From: Anaerolineae bacterium
GTDB lineage: Bacteria > Chloroflexota > Anaerolineae > DAOTYC01
Direction: 5' to 3'
Assembly (NCBI GenBank): GCA_034435095.1
Contig: DAOTYC010000143.1
Span: 1-59,706 of the forward strand
Length of the DNA: 59,706 nucleotides
Position numbers and translations under genes: made by a program. The notes under the pieces are model-generated. The model was given only the letters and a program-made list of their open reading frames with translations, searched no databases and was not told where the DNA came from. Shown piece after piece: positions 19,139 through 26,499 of this stretch. Position 1 is the stretch's first letter; each line of letters begins with the position of its first letter.

Positions 19139-19753
19139 ATGAGGATTGCGGTGCTTGGAATTGGCAATGTTGGCGGGGCGTTGGGCAAGAAGTGGGCCGC
19201 CGCCGGGCACGAGGTTGTGTTCGGCGTGCGCGAACCGGACAGCCCAAAGGTGGGCGTCTTCCTGGAGACGGTCAAGGGGCCGGCGCGGGCCGCCGCGCTG
19301 GGCGAGTCCATCGCCTTCGGCGATGTGGTGCTGTTCGCCATACCCGCCGGCGCAACGGCGGAGACGGTCGCGGCGCATGGCGGCATGTTGAACGACAAGA
19401 TAGTCATTGATGCGACCAATCAGTTTGGCGCGCCGGTGGTGAACTGCATTGACGTGTTGGCTGCCAGGGCTCCCAGGGCGCACATCTACCGTGCGTTCAA
19501 TTCGCTGGGTTGGGAGAATTTTGTGAAACCGTATTTTGGGCGGATACAGGCTGACCTGTTGTATTGTGGGCCGGATGGCGAGCCTCGTCTGGTCATGGAG
19601 ACGCTGATTACCGATGTGGGCCTGCGGCCGGTGCGCGTGGGCGACCTGGACAAGGTCAGGCTGGTCGACGCGGTGGGTGAGATTTGGATTGCGCTGGCTT
19701 TCGGCCAGAACATGGGCCGACGCCTGGCGTTCAAAGTGCTGACCGAGCCATGA
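19139..19753 (+). CDS. NADPH-dependent F420 reductase-like / NADP oxidoreductase family protein
   Basis: MRIAVLGIGNVGGAL Rossmann motif, IVIDATN, RAFN; ATG 19139 after GGAGG. Confidence 0.85.
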   Translation: MRIAVLGIGNVGGALGKKWAAAGHEVVFGVREPDSPKVGVFLETVKGPARAAALGESIAFGDVVLFAIPAGATAETVAAHGGMLNDKIVIDATNQFGAPVVNCIDVLAARAPRAHIYRAFNSLGWENFVKPYFGRIQADLLYCGPDGEPRLVMETLITDVGLRPVRVGDLDKVRLVDAVGEIWIALAFGQNMGRRLAFKVLTEP

Positions 19754-19810
19754 ATTGCATCTTGGACGGCACGATGACCCCGGTTGGTGGGCGGAGGGCC
19801 GCGGCGGAAG

Positions 19811-19839
19811 TTGACAACCTGTGCGTGGGATGGTAGACT
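19811..19839 (+). promoter_or_regulatory. sigma70-type promoter
   Basis: TTGACA-17 nt-TAGACT with TGG extension. Confidence 0.7.
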
Positions 19840-19887
19840 GAGGCGCGTATCGTGCTGCGACGAACGCTACGAGGAGAAGCCGATCCC

Positions 19888-21111
19888 ATGGAATCTACGC
19901 TCCAATTTCTGCTTGCCCTGGCAGTCATCATCGCTGCGGCAAAAGCAGCCGGTTACTTCAGCAGTTGTCTGGGCCAACCCGCCGTGCTGGGCGAGCTGGT
20001 GGTGGGCCTGCTGCTCGGCCCCACCCTGCTTGATATGCTGCACTGGTCAATATTCACGTCTCAGGAGGGCCACCTGGGCGAGGTGGTGTATGACATCGCC
20101 CAGTTGGGTGTCCTGTTTCTGATGTTCATGGCCGGCTTGGAGGTAGATGTGCAGGCCATGCGCCTGGCCGGCCGGACGGCGTTGCTGTCCGGTGTGTTGG
20201 GCGTCCTCGCGCCCATCGTGCTGGGCATGTTGGCGGTCATGCCATTCGGTTTCAGTCCCCAGCAGGGCATTTTCATCGGGTTGATGCTGGCGGCGACCAG
20301 CGTGAGCATCTCCGCTCAGACCCTCATGGAGCTGGACGTCTTGCGCAGTCGGGTGGGCATCACGTTGCTGGGCGGCGCGGTGGTGGACGACGTGTTGGTC
20401 ATCCTGTGTCTCTCGGTTTTCACCGCCCTGGCCGATGGCAGCAGAGGAGGTCCGTTGGCGATTGGCTGGGTGGTGCTGCGGATGGCGTTGTTCGTCGCGG
20501 CAGCCGTATGGCTTGGTTTGCGCTATCTTCCCCGCCTTGGACGGCTGGTTGATTACCTGCCGATCAGCGAGGGCCTCATGGCGTTGGCGGTAGTCGTCAC
20601 TCTGGTCTACGCCTATGCGGCTGAGGCCCTCGGCGGAATGGCGGCCATCACCGGAGCATTCCTGGCCGGGCTGCTGTTCGGCCGCACAACTTTTCGCCAA
20701 CATTTAGAATCGGGCGTGCATGTCCTGACCTACGCTTTCTTGGTGCCGGTCTTCTTCGTCAGCATTGGCCTGGAGGCCGACATCAAATCGGTTGGGGTGA
20801 GCGGCCTGCCCCTGTCGCTGCTCATCATCGTGGTGGCCGTCATCTCCAAAGTGCTTGGATGTGGCGCGGGCGGCTTGCTGGGCGGTCTGTCGGGCAAGGA
20901 CGCACTGCGGCTGGGGGTCGGTATGACCTCACGGGGCGAGGTCGGCCTGATTGTTGCCAGCGTGGGCCTCAACGCCGGCCTGATCGGCCAGGATGTCTTT
21001 GCTGCGGTGGTGTTGATGGTGCTGGTGACCACGTTGCTGACGCCGGTGCTCTTGCGCCTGCTCTATCCGAAAACTGAGTTAGAAGCTCAAGCCCAGGCCA
21101 ACGCCGTTTGA
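19888..21111 (+). CDS. Cation:proton antiporter (CPA2 family)
   Basis: GQPAVLGEL..G..LGP, ATSVSI, AVVDD, FVSIGL, RGEVGLI; no C-terminal KTN domain. Confidence 0.9.
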   Translation: MESTLQFLLALAVIIAAAKAAGYFSSCLGQPAVLGELVVGLLLGPTLLDMLHWSIFTSQEGHLGEVVYDIAQLGVLFLMFMAGLEVDVQAMRLAGRTALLSGVLGVLAPIVLGMLAVMPFGFSPQQGIFIGLMLAATSVSISAQTLMELDVLRSRVGITLLGGAVVDDVLVILCLSVFTALADGSRGGPLAIGWVVLRMALFVAAAVWLGLRYLPRLGRLVDYLPISEGLMALAVVVTLVYAYAAEALGGMAAITGAFLAGLLFGRTTFRQHLESGVHVLTYAFLVPVFFVSIGLEADIKSVGVSGLPLSLLIIVVAVISKVLGCGAGGLLGGLSGKDALRLGVGMTSRGEVGLIVASVGLNAGLIGQDVFAAVVLMVLVTTLLTPVLLRLLYPKTELEAQAQANAV

Positions 21112-21195
21112 TCGCTTGACGAGCCCGACCATCGGAATCCAGTTTCTTAGCAGTGTTGCGTGCGACGCATGATTCTTTGTTAAGGAGATTGCCTT

Positions 21196-21540
21196 ATGGC
21201 GCATTTGGTGGTTTTCATTCTCGAATGTGGTGACGCGTGTCACGACATCCTGGACGAATGGGCGAAGGCTGGCGCGCCGGGAGCGACTATTCTGGAGAGC
21301 ATCGGCCTGGCCCGTATGCGCCGGGCAATGCGCGACGACCTGCCGCTGGTGCCATCGTTGCGCGACCTGCTGCGCAGCGACGAGATGCACAACCGCACCA
21401 TTTTCACGGTCATTGACGATGATGAGGTTCTGGAGCGCGTCATCCAGGTGACCCGCGAGATGGTGGACTTCAGCCAGCCCCACTCTGGCCTGCTTTTCGT
21501 CGTGCCGATCAGCCGCGTGTACGGCCTGAAGAAGCATTGA
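21196..21540 (+). CDS. PII-like regulatory protein
   Basis: 114 aa; GAPGATILESIG and terminal GLLFVVPISRVYG, typical of the PII superfamily; lacks the canonical GlnB T-loop Tyr. Confidence 0.7.
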   Translation: MAHLVVFILECGDACHDILDEWAKAGAPGATILESIGLARMRRAMRDDLPLVPSLRDLLRSDEMHNRTIFTVIDDDEVLERVIQVTREMVDFSQPHSGLLFVVPISRVYGLKKH

Positions 21541-21542
21541 GG

Positions 21543-21571
21543 TTGACAGATATGTCGTCCTGTGCTATAAT
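21543..21571 (+). promoter_or_regulatory. Consensus sigma70 promoter upstream of aor
   Basis: TTGACA-17 nt-TATAAT with TGn extension; about 360 nt before the aor ATG. Confidence 0.85.
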
Positions 21572-21611
21572 AGCTTCGAAAAATAATTCTATAGAATATA
21601 GGATCGATGCT

Positions 21612-21742
21612 GTATCTCCGATTCGTTTTGTCCCTTGCGGAGGAAACGAACGATAGGTGTCGCGAGCGATTGCGGCGCCCGCCAGTGCGCAAAGGAGGTG
21701 CTCTTGTACCCGCACCAAGCGGTGGGAGCACCTTTGCTTTTT
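21612..21742 (+). promoter_or_regulatory. Structured 5' leader with overlapping multi-stem junction and intrinsic terminator (candidate Moco/W-cofactor-like riboswitch)
   Basis: GTATCTCC (21612-19) pairs with GGAGGTGC (21694-701) after AAA; inner TTCGTTT/AAACGAA and GGTGTC/GGCGCC stems; alternative hairpin 21689-21737 followed by TTTTT. Confidence 0.45.
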
Positions 21743-21936
21743 GCGTTTCTAATCCCGAAGTTTTGTGCCTGTGGTTCTGGACTGTTTGAGTAGGCTTGAG
21801 GGTGGACTTGTTGAGGTGTAGGAAGGGGGTGGTCTCCAGGACTCGGGGAATTCGAAGCGAGATTCAAATTTCATGGACGCAACAGAGTTGAAATGATTTT
21901 TGACAGAGTGGTTTGAACAATGAGGAGGTTACCGAA

Positions 21937-23889
21937 ATGCCATACGGTTACACAGGCAAGATCCTGAGGGTGGATCTCACCACCGGCAAGATTTGGACTG
22001 ACGAGCACGACGAGTACTGGTATCGCACGTATATGGGCGGCGCGCTCTATGCCGCCTGGTATCTGCTGCATGAGACTCCCCCCGGCGTTGATCCACTGGG
22101 GCCGGAGAACATGTTGATCTTTGCCAACAGCCCGATTGTGGGCGCGCCAGCGGCGGGCTTCAACCGCCTGGTGGTGTGCGCGCGTTCGCCGGTCACCGGC
22201 GGCTTTGGTGAGTCGCAGACCGGTGGGTTCTGCGGGCCGGAGCTCAAGTTCGCCGGCTTCGACGCCGTGGTCATCACCGGCAAGGCGCCCAAGCCGGTCT
22301 ATCTGTGGATCCACGACGGACAATGTGAGATTCGGGACGCCGGCCACCTGTGGGGCAAATTGACCGCCGATACAGAAGAGGCCGTCCGTGCCGAACTGGG
22401 CGACAAGCAGATCAAGGTCATCGGCATCGGCCCCGGCGGCGAGAAGTTGGTCCGCTTCGCCTGCATCATTGACAGCCGCCGTGAGGCAGCCGGCCGCACG
22501 GGCATGGGCGCGGTGATGGGCTCTAAGAACCTGAAATGCCTGGCCATCCGCGGCAAGCTGGGCATCAACATGAAGAACCCCGATTTCGTCAAAGAGCGGG
22601 CCAGGTGGTTCGCCGAGAATTTCATGAACAACCCCGACAACTCCAATCTGGCGACGTTTGGCACTGCCGTCTACATCGCCCCACAGAGCGAACGTGGGAT
22701 GCAGCCCACCAAAAACTTCCGCAAAGGCTCTTTTGAGCAGGTTGACAAGATCTCCGGCGAGACAATGCGCGAAACCATCCTGGTCGACACCGAAGGCTGC
22801 TACGCCTGCCCGGTGAGGTGTAAGCGCGTGGTCGAGGTGAAAGAAGGCCCCTTCCGCGCCGAGCCGAAGTACGGCGGCCCCGAATATGAGACCCTGGCCT
22901 CCATGGGCAGCTACTGCGAAGTGTCCGATCTGGCGGCTATCGCCGCAGCCAACCAGCTCTGCAACGCTTACAGCGTGGATACCATCGCCTGTGGCAACAC
23001 CGTTGGCTTCGCGATGGAACTCTATGAGAAGGGCATCCTGACCAAAGAAGATACCGGCGGCGTTGATTTGACCTGGGGCAACGCCGAAGGCATGGTCAAG
23101 ATGGTCGAGATGATCTGCAAGCGCGAGGGCATTGGCAAGGAACTGGGCGAGGGCGTTGCCCGCTTCGCCAAGAAATGGGACAAAGGCGCGCAGCAATATG
23201 CCATCCACGTGAAGGCGGCTGAAATGGCGATGCACGAACCGCGCTACAAAGGCATGTTGGGCATCACCTACGCCGTGTCCGAGCTGGGCGCGGAGCACAC
23301 CCGCGTCGAACACGACCCCGACTTCGATTTCGTCGCGCCGGAGACCAATGTCGAGCAGGTGAAGTGCCTGGGCCTGTTGGAGCGCCTGCCCAACCCGAGC
23401 ATTGACTGGAAGAAGATGCGCATGTATTACTACTTGCAGCACCACTTCAGCATGTTGGATGTCTTGGGTGGCTGCCTGCTCACGTTCGCCCCGGTCCGCA
23501 CCTTCACCATGACCGACCTGGTGTTGATGACCAATGCCATCACCGGTTGGGAGACCAGCCTGTGGGAACTGATGAAGCTCGGCGAACGTCGCTGGAACCT
23601 GGTCCGCCTGTACAACATCCGTGAGGGCTTCACCAAAGAAGACGACTGGTTGCCGGAGCGCATGTTCACCGGCCTGGAGAACGGCCCGGAGAAAGGCCGC
23701 GCCATTGACCGCAAGGCGTTCCGCGAGGCGCTCGACCTGTATTACGAAATGTGCAACTGGGATGAGAATGCCGTGCCACGTACCGCCAAGCTGGTTGAGC
23801 TCGACCTGATGTGGGCCGCCGAGCGCAAGGACGAATGGGTGGCGCAGGGCAAGCTCATGCGCGTCAAAGGCAACCTAGACTGGCTATAG
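21937..23889 (+). CDS. aor: Aldehyde:ferredoxin oxidoreductase (tungsten AOR family)
   Basis: GYTGKILRVDLT, DPLGPEN, GPGGEKLVRFA, GRTGMGAVMGSKNLK, GCYACPVRC, GPEYET, RLYNIREG, P.R; ATG 21937 after GAGGAGG. Confidence 0.95.
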   Translation: MPYGYTGKILRVDLTTGKIWTDEHDEYWYRTYMGGALYAAWYLLHETPPGVDPLGPENMLIFANSPIVGAPAAGFNRLVVCARSPVTGGFGESQTGGFCGPELKFAGFDAVVITGKAPKPVYLWIHDGQCEIRDAGHLWGKLTADTEEAVRAELGDKQIKVIGIGPGGEKLVRFACIIDSRREAAGRTGMGAVMGSKNLKCLAIRGKLGINMKNPDFVKERARWFAENFMNNPDNSNLATFGTAVYIAPQSERGMQPTKNFRKGSFEQVDKISGETMRETILVDTEGCYACPVRCKRVVEVKEGPFRAEPKYGGPEYETLASMGSYCEVSDLAAIAAANQLCNAYSVDTIACGNTVGFAMELYEKGILTKEDTGGVDLTWGNAEGMVKMVEMICKREGIGKELGEGVARFAKKWDKGAQQYAIHVKAAEMAMHEPRYKGMLGITYAVSELGAEHTRVEHDPDFDFVAPETNVEQVKCLGLLERLPNPSIDWKKMRMYYYLQHHFSMLDVLGGCLLTFAPVRTFTMTDLVLMTNAITGWETSLWELMKLGERRWNLVRLYNIREGFTKEDDWLPERMFTGLENGPEKGRAIDRKAFREALDLYYEMCNWDENAVPRTAKLVELDLMWAAERKDEWVAQGKLMRVKGNLDWL

Positions 23890-23961
23890 GCCACCTGGAA
23901 GAGCCTGAGCCCCTGGCAAACGCCAGGCAAGCCAGGTTGCTTCGGACTTGAGTAGCACCAG

Positions 23962-24005
23962 CAGACGGCCAACGTCTTGGCATCGAAGGAGGGGTTGGCC
24001 GTCTG
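23962..24005 (+). terminator. 12-bp perfect inverted repeat downstream of aor (possible terminator or repeat)
   Basis: CAGACGGCCAAC / GTTGGCCGTCTG; only a weak T-tract follows. Confidence 0.4.
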
Positions 24006-24048
24006 TATTCTCCGGGTATGTCCGAAATTTCCGGTAACCGCCCTAAAT

Positions 24049-24078
24049 TTGACACTCCCCTCCGAGCGACACTATAAT
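24049..24078 (+). promoter_or_regulatory. Consensus sigma70 promoter of hicBA
   Basis: TTGACA-18 nt-TATAAT. Confidence 0.8.
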
Positions 24079-24085
24079 ACTTACC

Positions 24086-24382
24086 GTGAGGAGGGAGAAT
24101 ATGTTAACATACAAAGCAATGTACAAGTACCTGGATGACGGGGTTCACGCTGAGGTGCTGGATTTCCCTGGAACCATCTCTTATGGCCGAGACCTGGACG
24201 AAGCCCGTCGCATGTTGTCCAGCGCATTGGTGGACATGGCGGAGACTTGCTTGCTGCGAGGAGAACCATTGCCTCTCCCCGATGCAACCAGGAGCGAGCC
24301 CGATGCTGACCTGGAAGAGCCGATCCACTTGTTGTTATCGGCGGCGTCTCGCGTCGCCGTACTGCCGCAGGCCGTTCCATGA
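24086..24382 (+). CDS. hicB: HicB-family antitoxin (no HTH)
   Basis: YKAMYKY...AEVLDFPGTISYGRDLDEARRML..AL; start may be ATG 24101. Confidence 0.85.
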   Translation: MRRENMLTYKAMYKYLDDGVHAEVLDFPGTISYGRDLDEARRMLSSALVDMAETCLLRGEPLPLPDATRSEPDADLEEPIHLLLSAASRVAVLPQAVP

Positions 24383-24399
24383 GGCTATGAAACGAGGCT

Positions 24400-24513
24400 A
24401 TGAAACGCCGCGAACTGCTGCAGCACTTGCGACAGCACGGTTGCGTCTTTGTGCGAGAAAGGGCAGAGCATTCAATTTGGGAGAATCGTACTGAAGCGTG
24501 GTACTACAGTTAG
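24400..24513 (+). pseudogene. hicA: Truncated HicA-family mRNA interferase
   Basis: Manual translation MKRRELLQHLRQHGCVFVRERAEHSIWENRTEAWYYS* (37 aa). The N-half matches HicA (KRR.L..HL..HGC...REG..H..W.N); the VP.H and C-terminal helix are missing. A 13-bp tandem duplication GAGGCTATGAAAC x2 (24381-24406) sits at the start. Confidence 0.75.
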
Positions 24514-24557
24514 ACCACCTGTTCAAGAATAGTACCAAATTTTAATGTCCGAAACCC

Positions 24558-24586
24558 TTGACAAAATCTGGCTTTTGGCGTATAAT
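24558..24586 (+). promoter_or_regulatory. Perfect consensus sigma70 promoter with no downstream protein gene
   Basis: TTGACA-17 nt-TATAAT. Confidence 0.9.
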
Positions 24587-24592
24587 ATAATC

Positions 24593-24900
24593 AGGAAAGG
24601 GAGCTAAAGAACTAAAGCTCGAAGCTCGATTAAGAGATTGTCATTAACACCTTGAAACTGACAGATGGGGCGATGCCTCCGCCGTGAGGTGGGGGATAAG
24701 TTTCCGGAGCCGGCGGAAATCTATTGGACGCTGAGTGGGAAGCCACAAACGTTCAGGAGGGAAACCGGTGAGCGAAGGCGCACGGTACTATGAGACCGAG
24801 CGGTTTCGGGAGTCAGGGTAGGGGCAGCCCGGGCGAAAGGCCGGGTATGGCAACACTCGAGAGATAAGAGTCAGGTTAGTTAGCCCCTTTCCGTTTTTTT
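24593..24900 (+). ncRNA. Candidate ~300-nt structured non-coding RNA of unrecognised family
   Basis: Begins at the expected +1 of the 24558 promoter. 5' GGAAAGGG(A)GCTAA pairs with 3' TTAGCCCCTTTCC (24880-92), followed by T8. Internal hairpins CCTCCGCC-GTGA-GGTGGGGG and CCCGGGC-GAAA-GGCCGGG, and a GAAACCG/CGGTTTC-closed junction. The next gene (hpt) is convergent. Confidence 0.65.
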
Positions 24901-25489
24901 ATGCCTGTGATGCAGACAGCACACTCCTCTTCAGCGTAGCCACATACGGCAGGTTACGGTACTTCTGACGGTAGTCCAGGCCATAACCCACCACAAACAG
25001 GTCGGGCAGCTCGAAACCCTTGTAGGCGATCTCGAAATCAATCAGGCGACGGCGAGGGCGGTCGAAGAGCACACAGGTCTTCAGCGAGGCGGGCTCGCGA
25101 GCTCTCAGGGTTCTCAAGATATAGTTCGAGGTCAAGCCAGTGTCAATTACATCTTCCACGAAAAGCACATGTCGCCCTTCAATGTGCTCGTCCAGGTCTT
25201 TGGTCAGACGGACCACGCCGCGCGTCTCGCTGGTGGGGCCATACCGCGAAATTGCCATGAAATCATACGCCATCGGAATGGCAACCGCGCGCATCAGGTC
25301 GGCCATGAAGAAAACCACGCCGCGCAGCACACCCACCATGACCAGGTCTTTGCCATAATAATCTTGGGAAATTCGTTCGCCCAATTCGGCAATCCGCGCC
25401 TGGATTTGCTCCTGCGAAATAATGATCTGGTCAATGTCGGCCTGCATGTCGTGGCCGGGCGACCGTTCATTGTTCGCGCTTGTCGCCAT
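24899..25489 (-). CDS. hpt: Hypoxanthine phosphoribosyltransferase
   Basis: VGVLRG...F.ADL, VLFVEDVIDTGLT (PRPP loop), FVVGYGLDY...YRNLPY; SD GAAGGAGG. Confidence 0.96.
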   Translation of the reverse strand: MATSANNERSPGHDMQADIDQIIISQEQIQARIAELGERISQDYYGKDLVMVGVLRGVVFFMADLMRAVAIPMAYDFMAISRYGPTSETRGVVRLTKDLDEHIEGRHVLFVEDVIDTGLTSNYILRTLRAREPASLKTCVLFDRPRRRLIDFEIAYKGFELPDLFVVGYGLDYRQKYRNLPYVATLKRSVLSASQA

Positions 25490-25934
25490 GTTCCTCCTTC
25501 TCCTTCTCGGCTTCGATGGCGGCCTGGCCGACCAGCTCTTCTTCTTCGCTTTCCAGGCCGTATTTGAACAACAGATTGGAAAAGTCGCGCCGATTGACCA
25601 GCTTGACCCGGACGTTGGGATACAGTTCTTGCAAGCGGCGCAGCTTGCGGTTCTTACGATTCATCAGCGCGGACCGCAGCGTGGTCAGTTCGATATAGAG
25701 GTCCTGATCAGGCAGATAGAAGTCAGGCGCGAAAGCCTCTTTCACACGCCCATCTTCATCCCATTCAAGGGCGAATGTCCTCGGCTCATATTCCCAGGGT
25801 ATCTGGTAGAAGTCCAGGATGCGTGCAAACTCTCGCTCGCTTGGATGGGAGAATTCTGCTGGTTTGCGGCCGGTGGACGACGGCTTCTCTTCGGGCGTAT
25901 CGGCATCCGGCGGCAACTGGTTCATGGGCGGCAT
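25467..25934 (-). CDS. Conserved hypothetical protein with PD-(D/E)xK-nuclease-like motif
   Basis: HPSEREFARILDFYQIPWEYEPRTF...F.PDFYLPDQDLYIELTT; start ATG 25934 or 25925 (ATGA overlap with the upstream stop); 3' end overlaps the hpt start. Confidence 0.75.
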   Translation of the reverse strand: MPPMNQLPPDADTPEEKPSSTGRKPAEFSHPSEREFARILDFYQIPWEYEPRTFALEWDEDGRVKEAFAPDFYLPDQDLYIELTTLRSALMNRKNRKLRRLQELYPNVRVKLVNRRDFSNLLFKYGLESEEEELVGQAAIEAEKEKEEHGDKREQ

Positions 25935-26491
25935 GAAACTCCGTGCAACAGGGCCAGGATACAGTTGACGACAGACTCTGGGTCGAGCTTGGCCGTGTTG
26001 ACCACCAGGTCGTACAGGGCGGGGTCGAGCCAATTGACCCCATAGTGTTTCTTCAGATATTCCGCCCGACGTTTGTCGCAGGCCAGCAGTCGCTCCATGG
26101 CAGCAGATTCCGGGATGGCTTCCTGGGCCATGAGGCGGGCCAGCCGTACCTCGAAGGGCGCGACGACCTGGACGTGCAACGCGCGCGGATGGTCAGCCAA
26201 CACCTTCTGGGCAGCGCAGCCGACGATGACCACCTCACCTTTGTCAGCCAGCTCGCGGATGATGCTTTCGACCTGATTCAGGTAGGCGCGATGTTCTTCG
26301 GGCGAGGGGCTGATGCCCAGAAACCCCAGCTCGTCAATGTGAGCCAGGGCCACTTCAGGCACGCCAGCTTCGCGCGCTGCACGATTGATGAGGGCATGGT
26401 CCATATAAGCCCACTTCAGCGATTGAGCAACCGCCGTGGCGATGCGGTCGCCCTCTGAACCAAGCTGCCTGGAGAAGGTCAAGACGTTCAT
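25922..26491 (-). CDS. Cytidylate kinase-like family protein
   Basis: VLTFSRQLGSEGDRIA P-loop variant, VIVGCAA, D..R..Y...Y..W.DP..YDLVVNT. Confidence 0.88.
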   Translation of the reverse strand: MNVLTFSRQLGSEGDRIATAVAQSLKWAYMDHALINRAAREAGVPEVALAHIDELGFLGISPSPEEHRAYLNQVESIIRELADKGEVVIVGCAAQKVLADHPRALHVQVVAPFEVRLARLMAQEAIPESAAMERLLACDKRRAEYLKKHYGVNWLDPALYDLVVNTAKLDPESVVNCILALLHGVSCRP

Positions 26492-26499
26492 GCCGTCGC

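Noticed and set aside
24593-24900. Assignment as RNase P RNA, tmRNA, SRP RNA, 6S RNA or cobalamin riboswitch
   Set aside because: Diagnostic motifs were not found on either strand by eye (GAGGAAAGUCC, tRNA-like CCA end, SRP helix 8, CCCCGC-ACUGU), and no gene lies downstream on the same strand. Left as unassigned pending cmscan.
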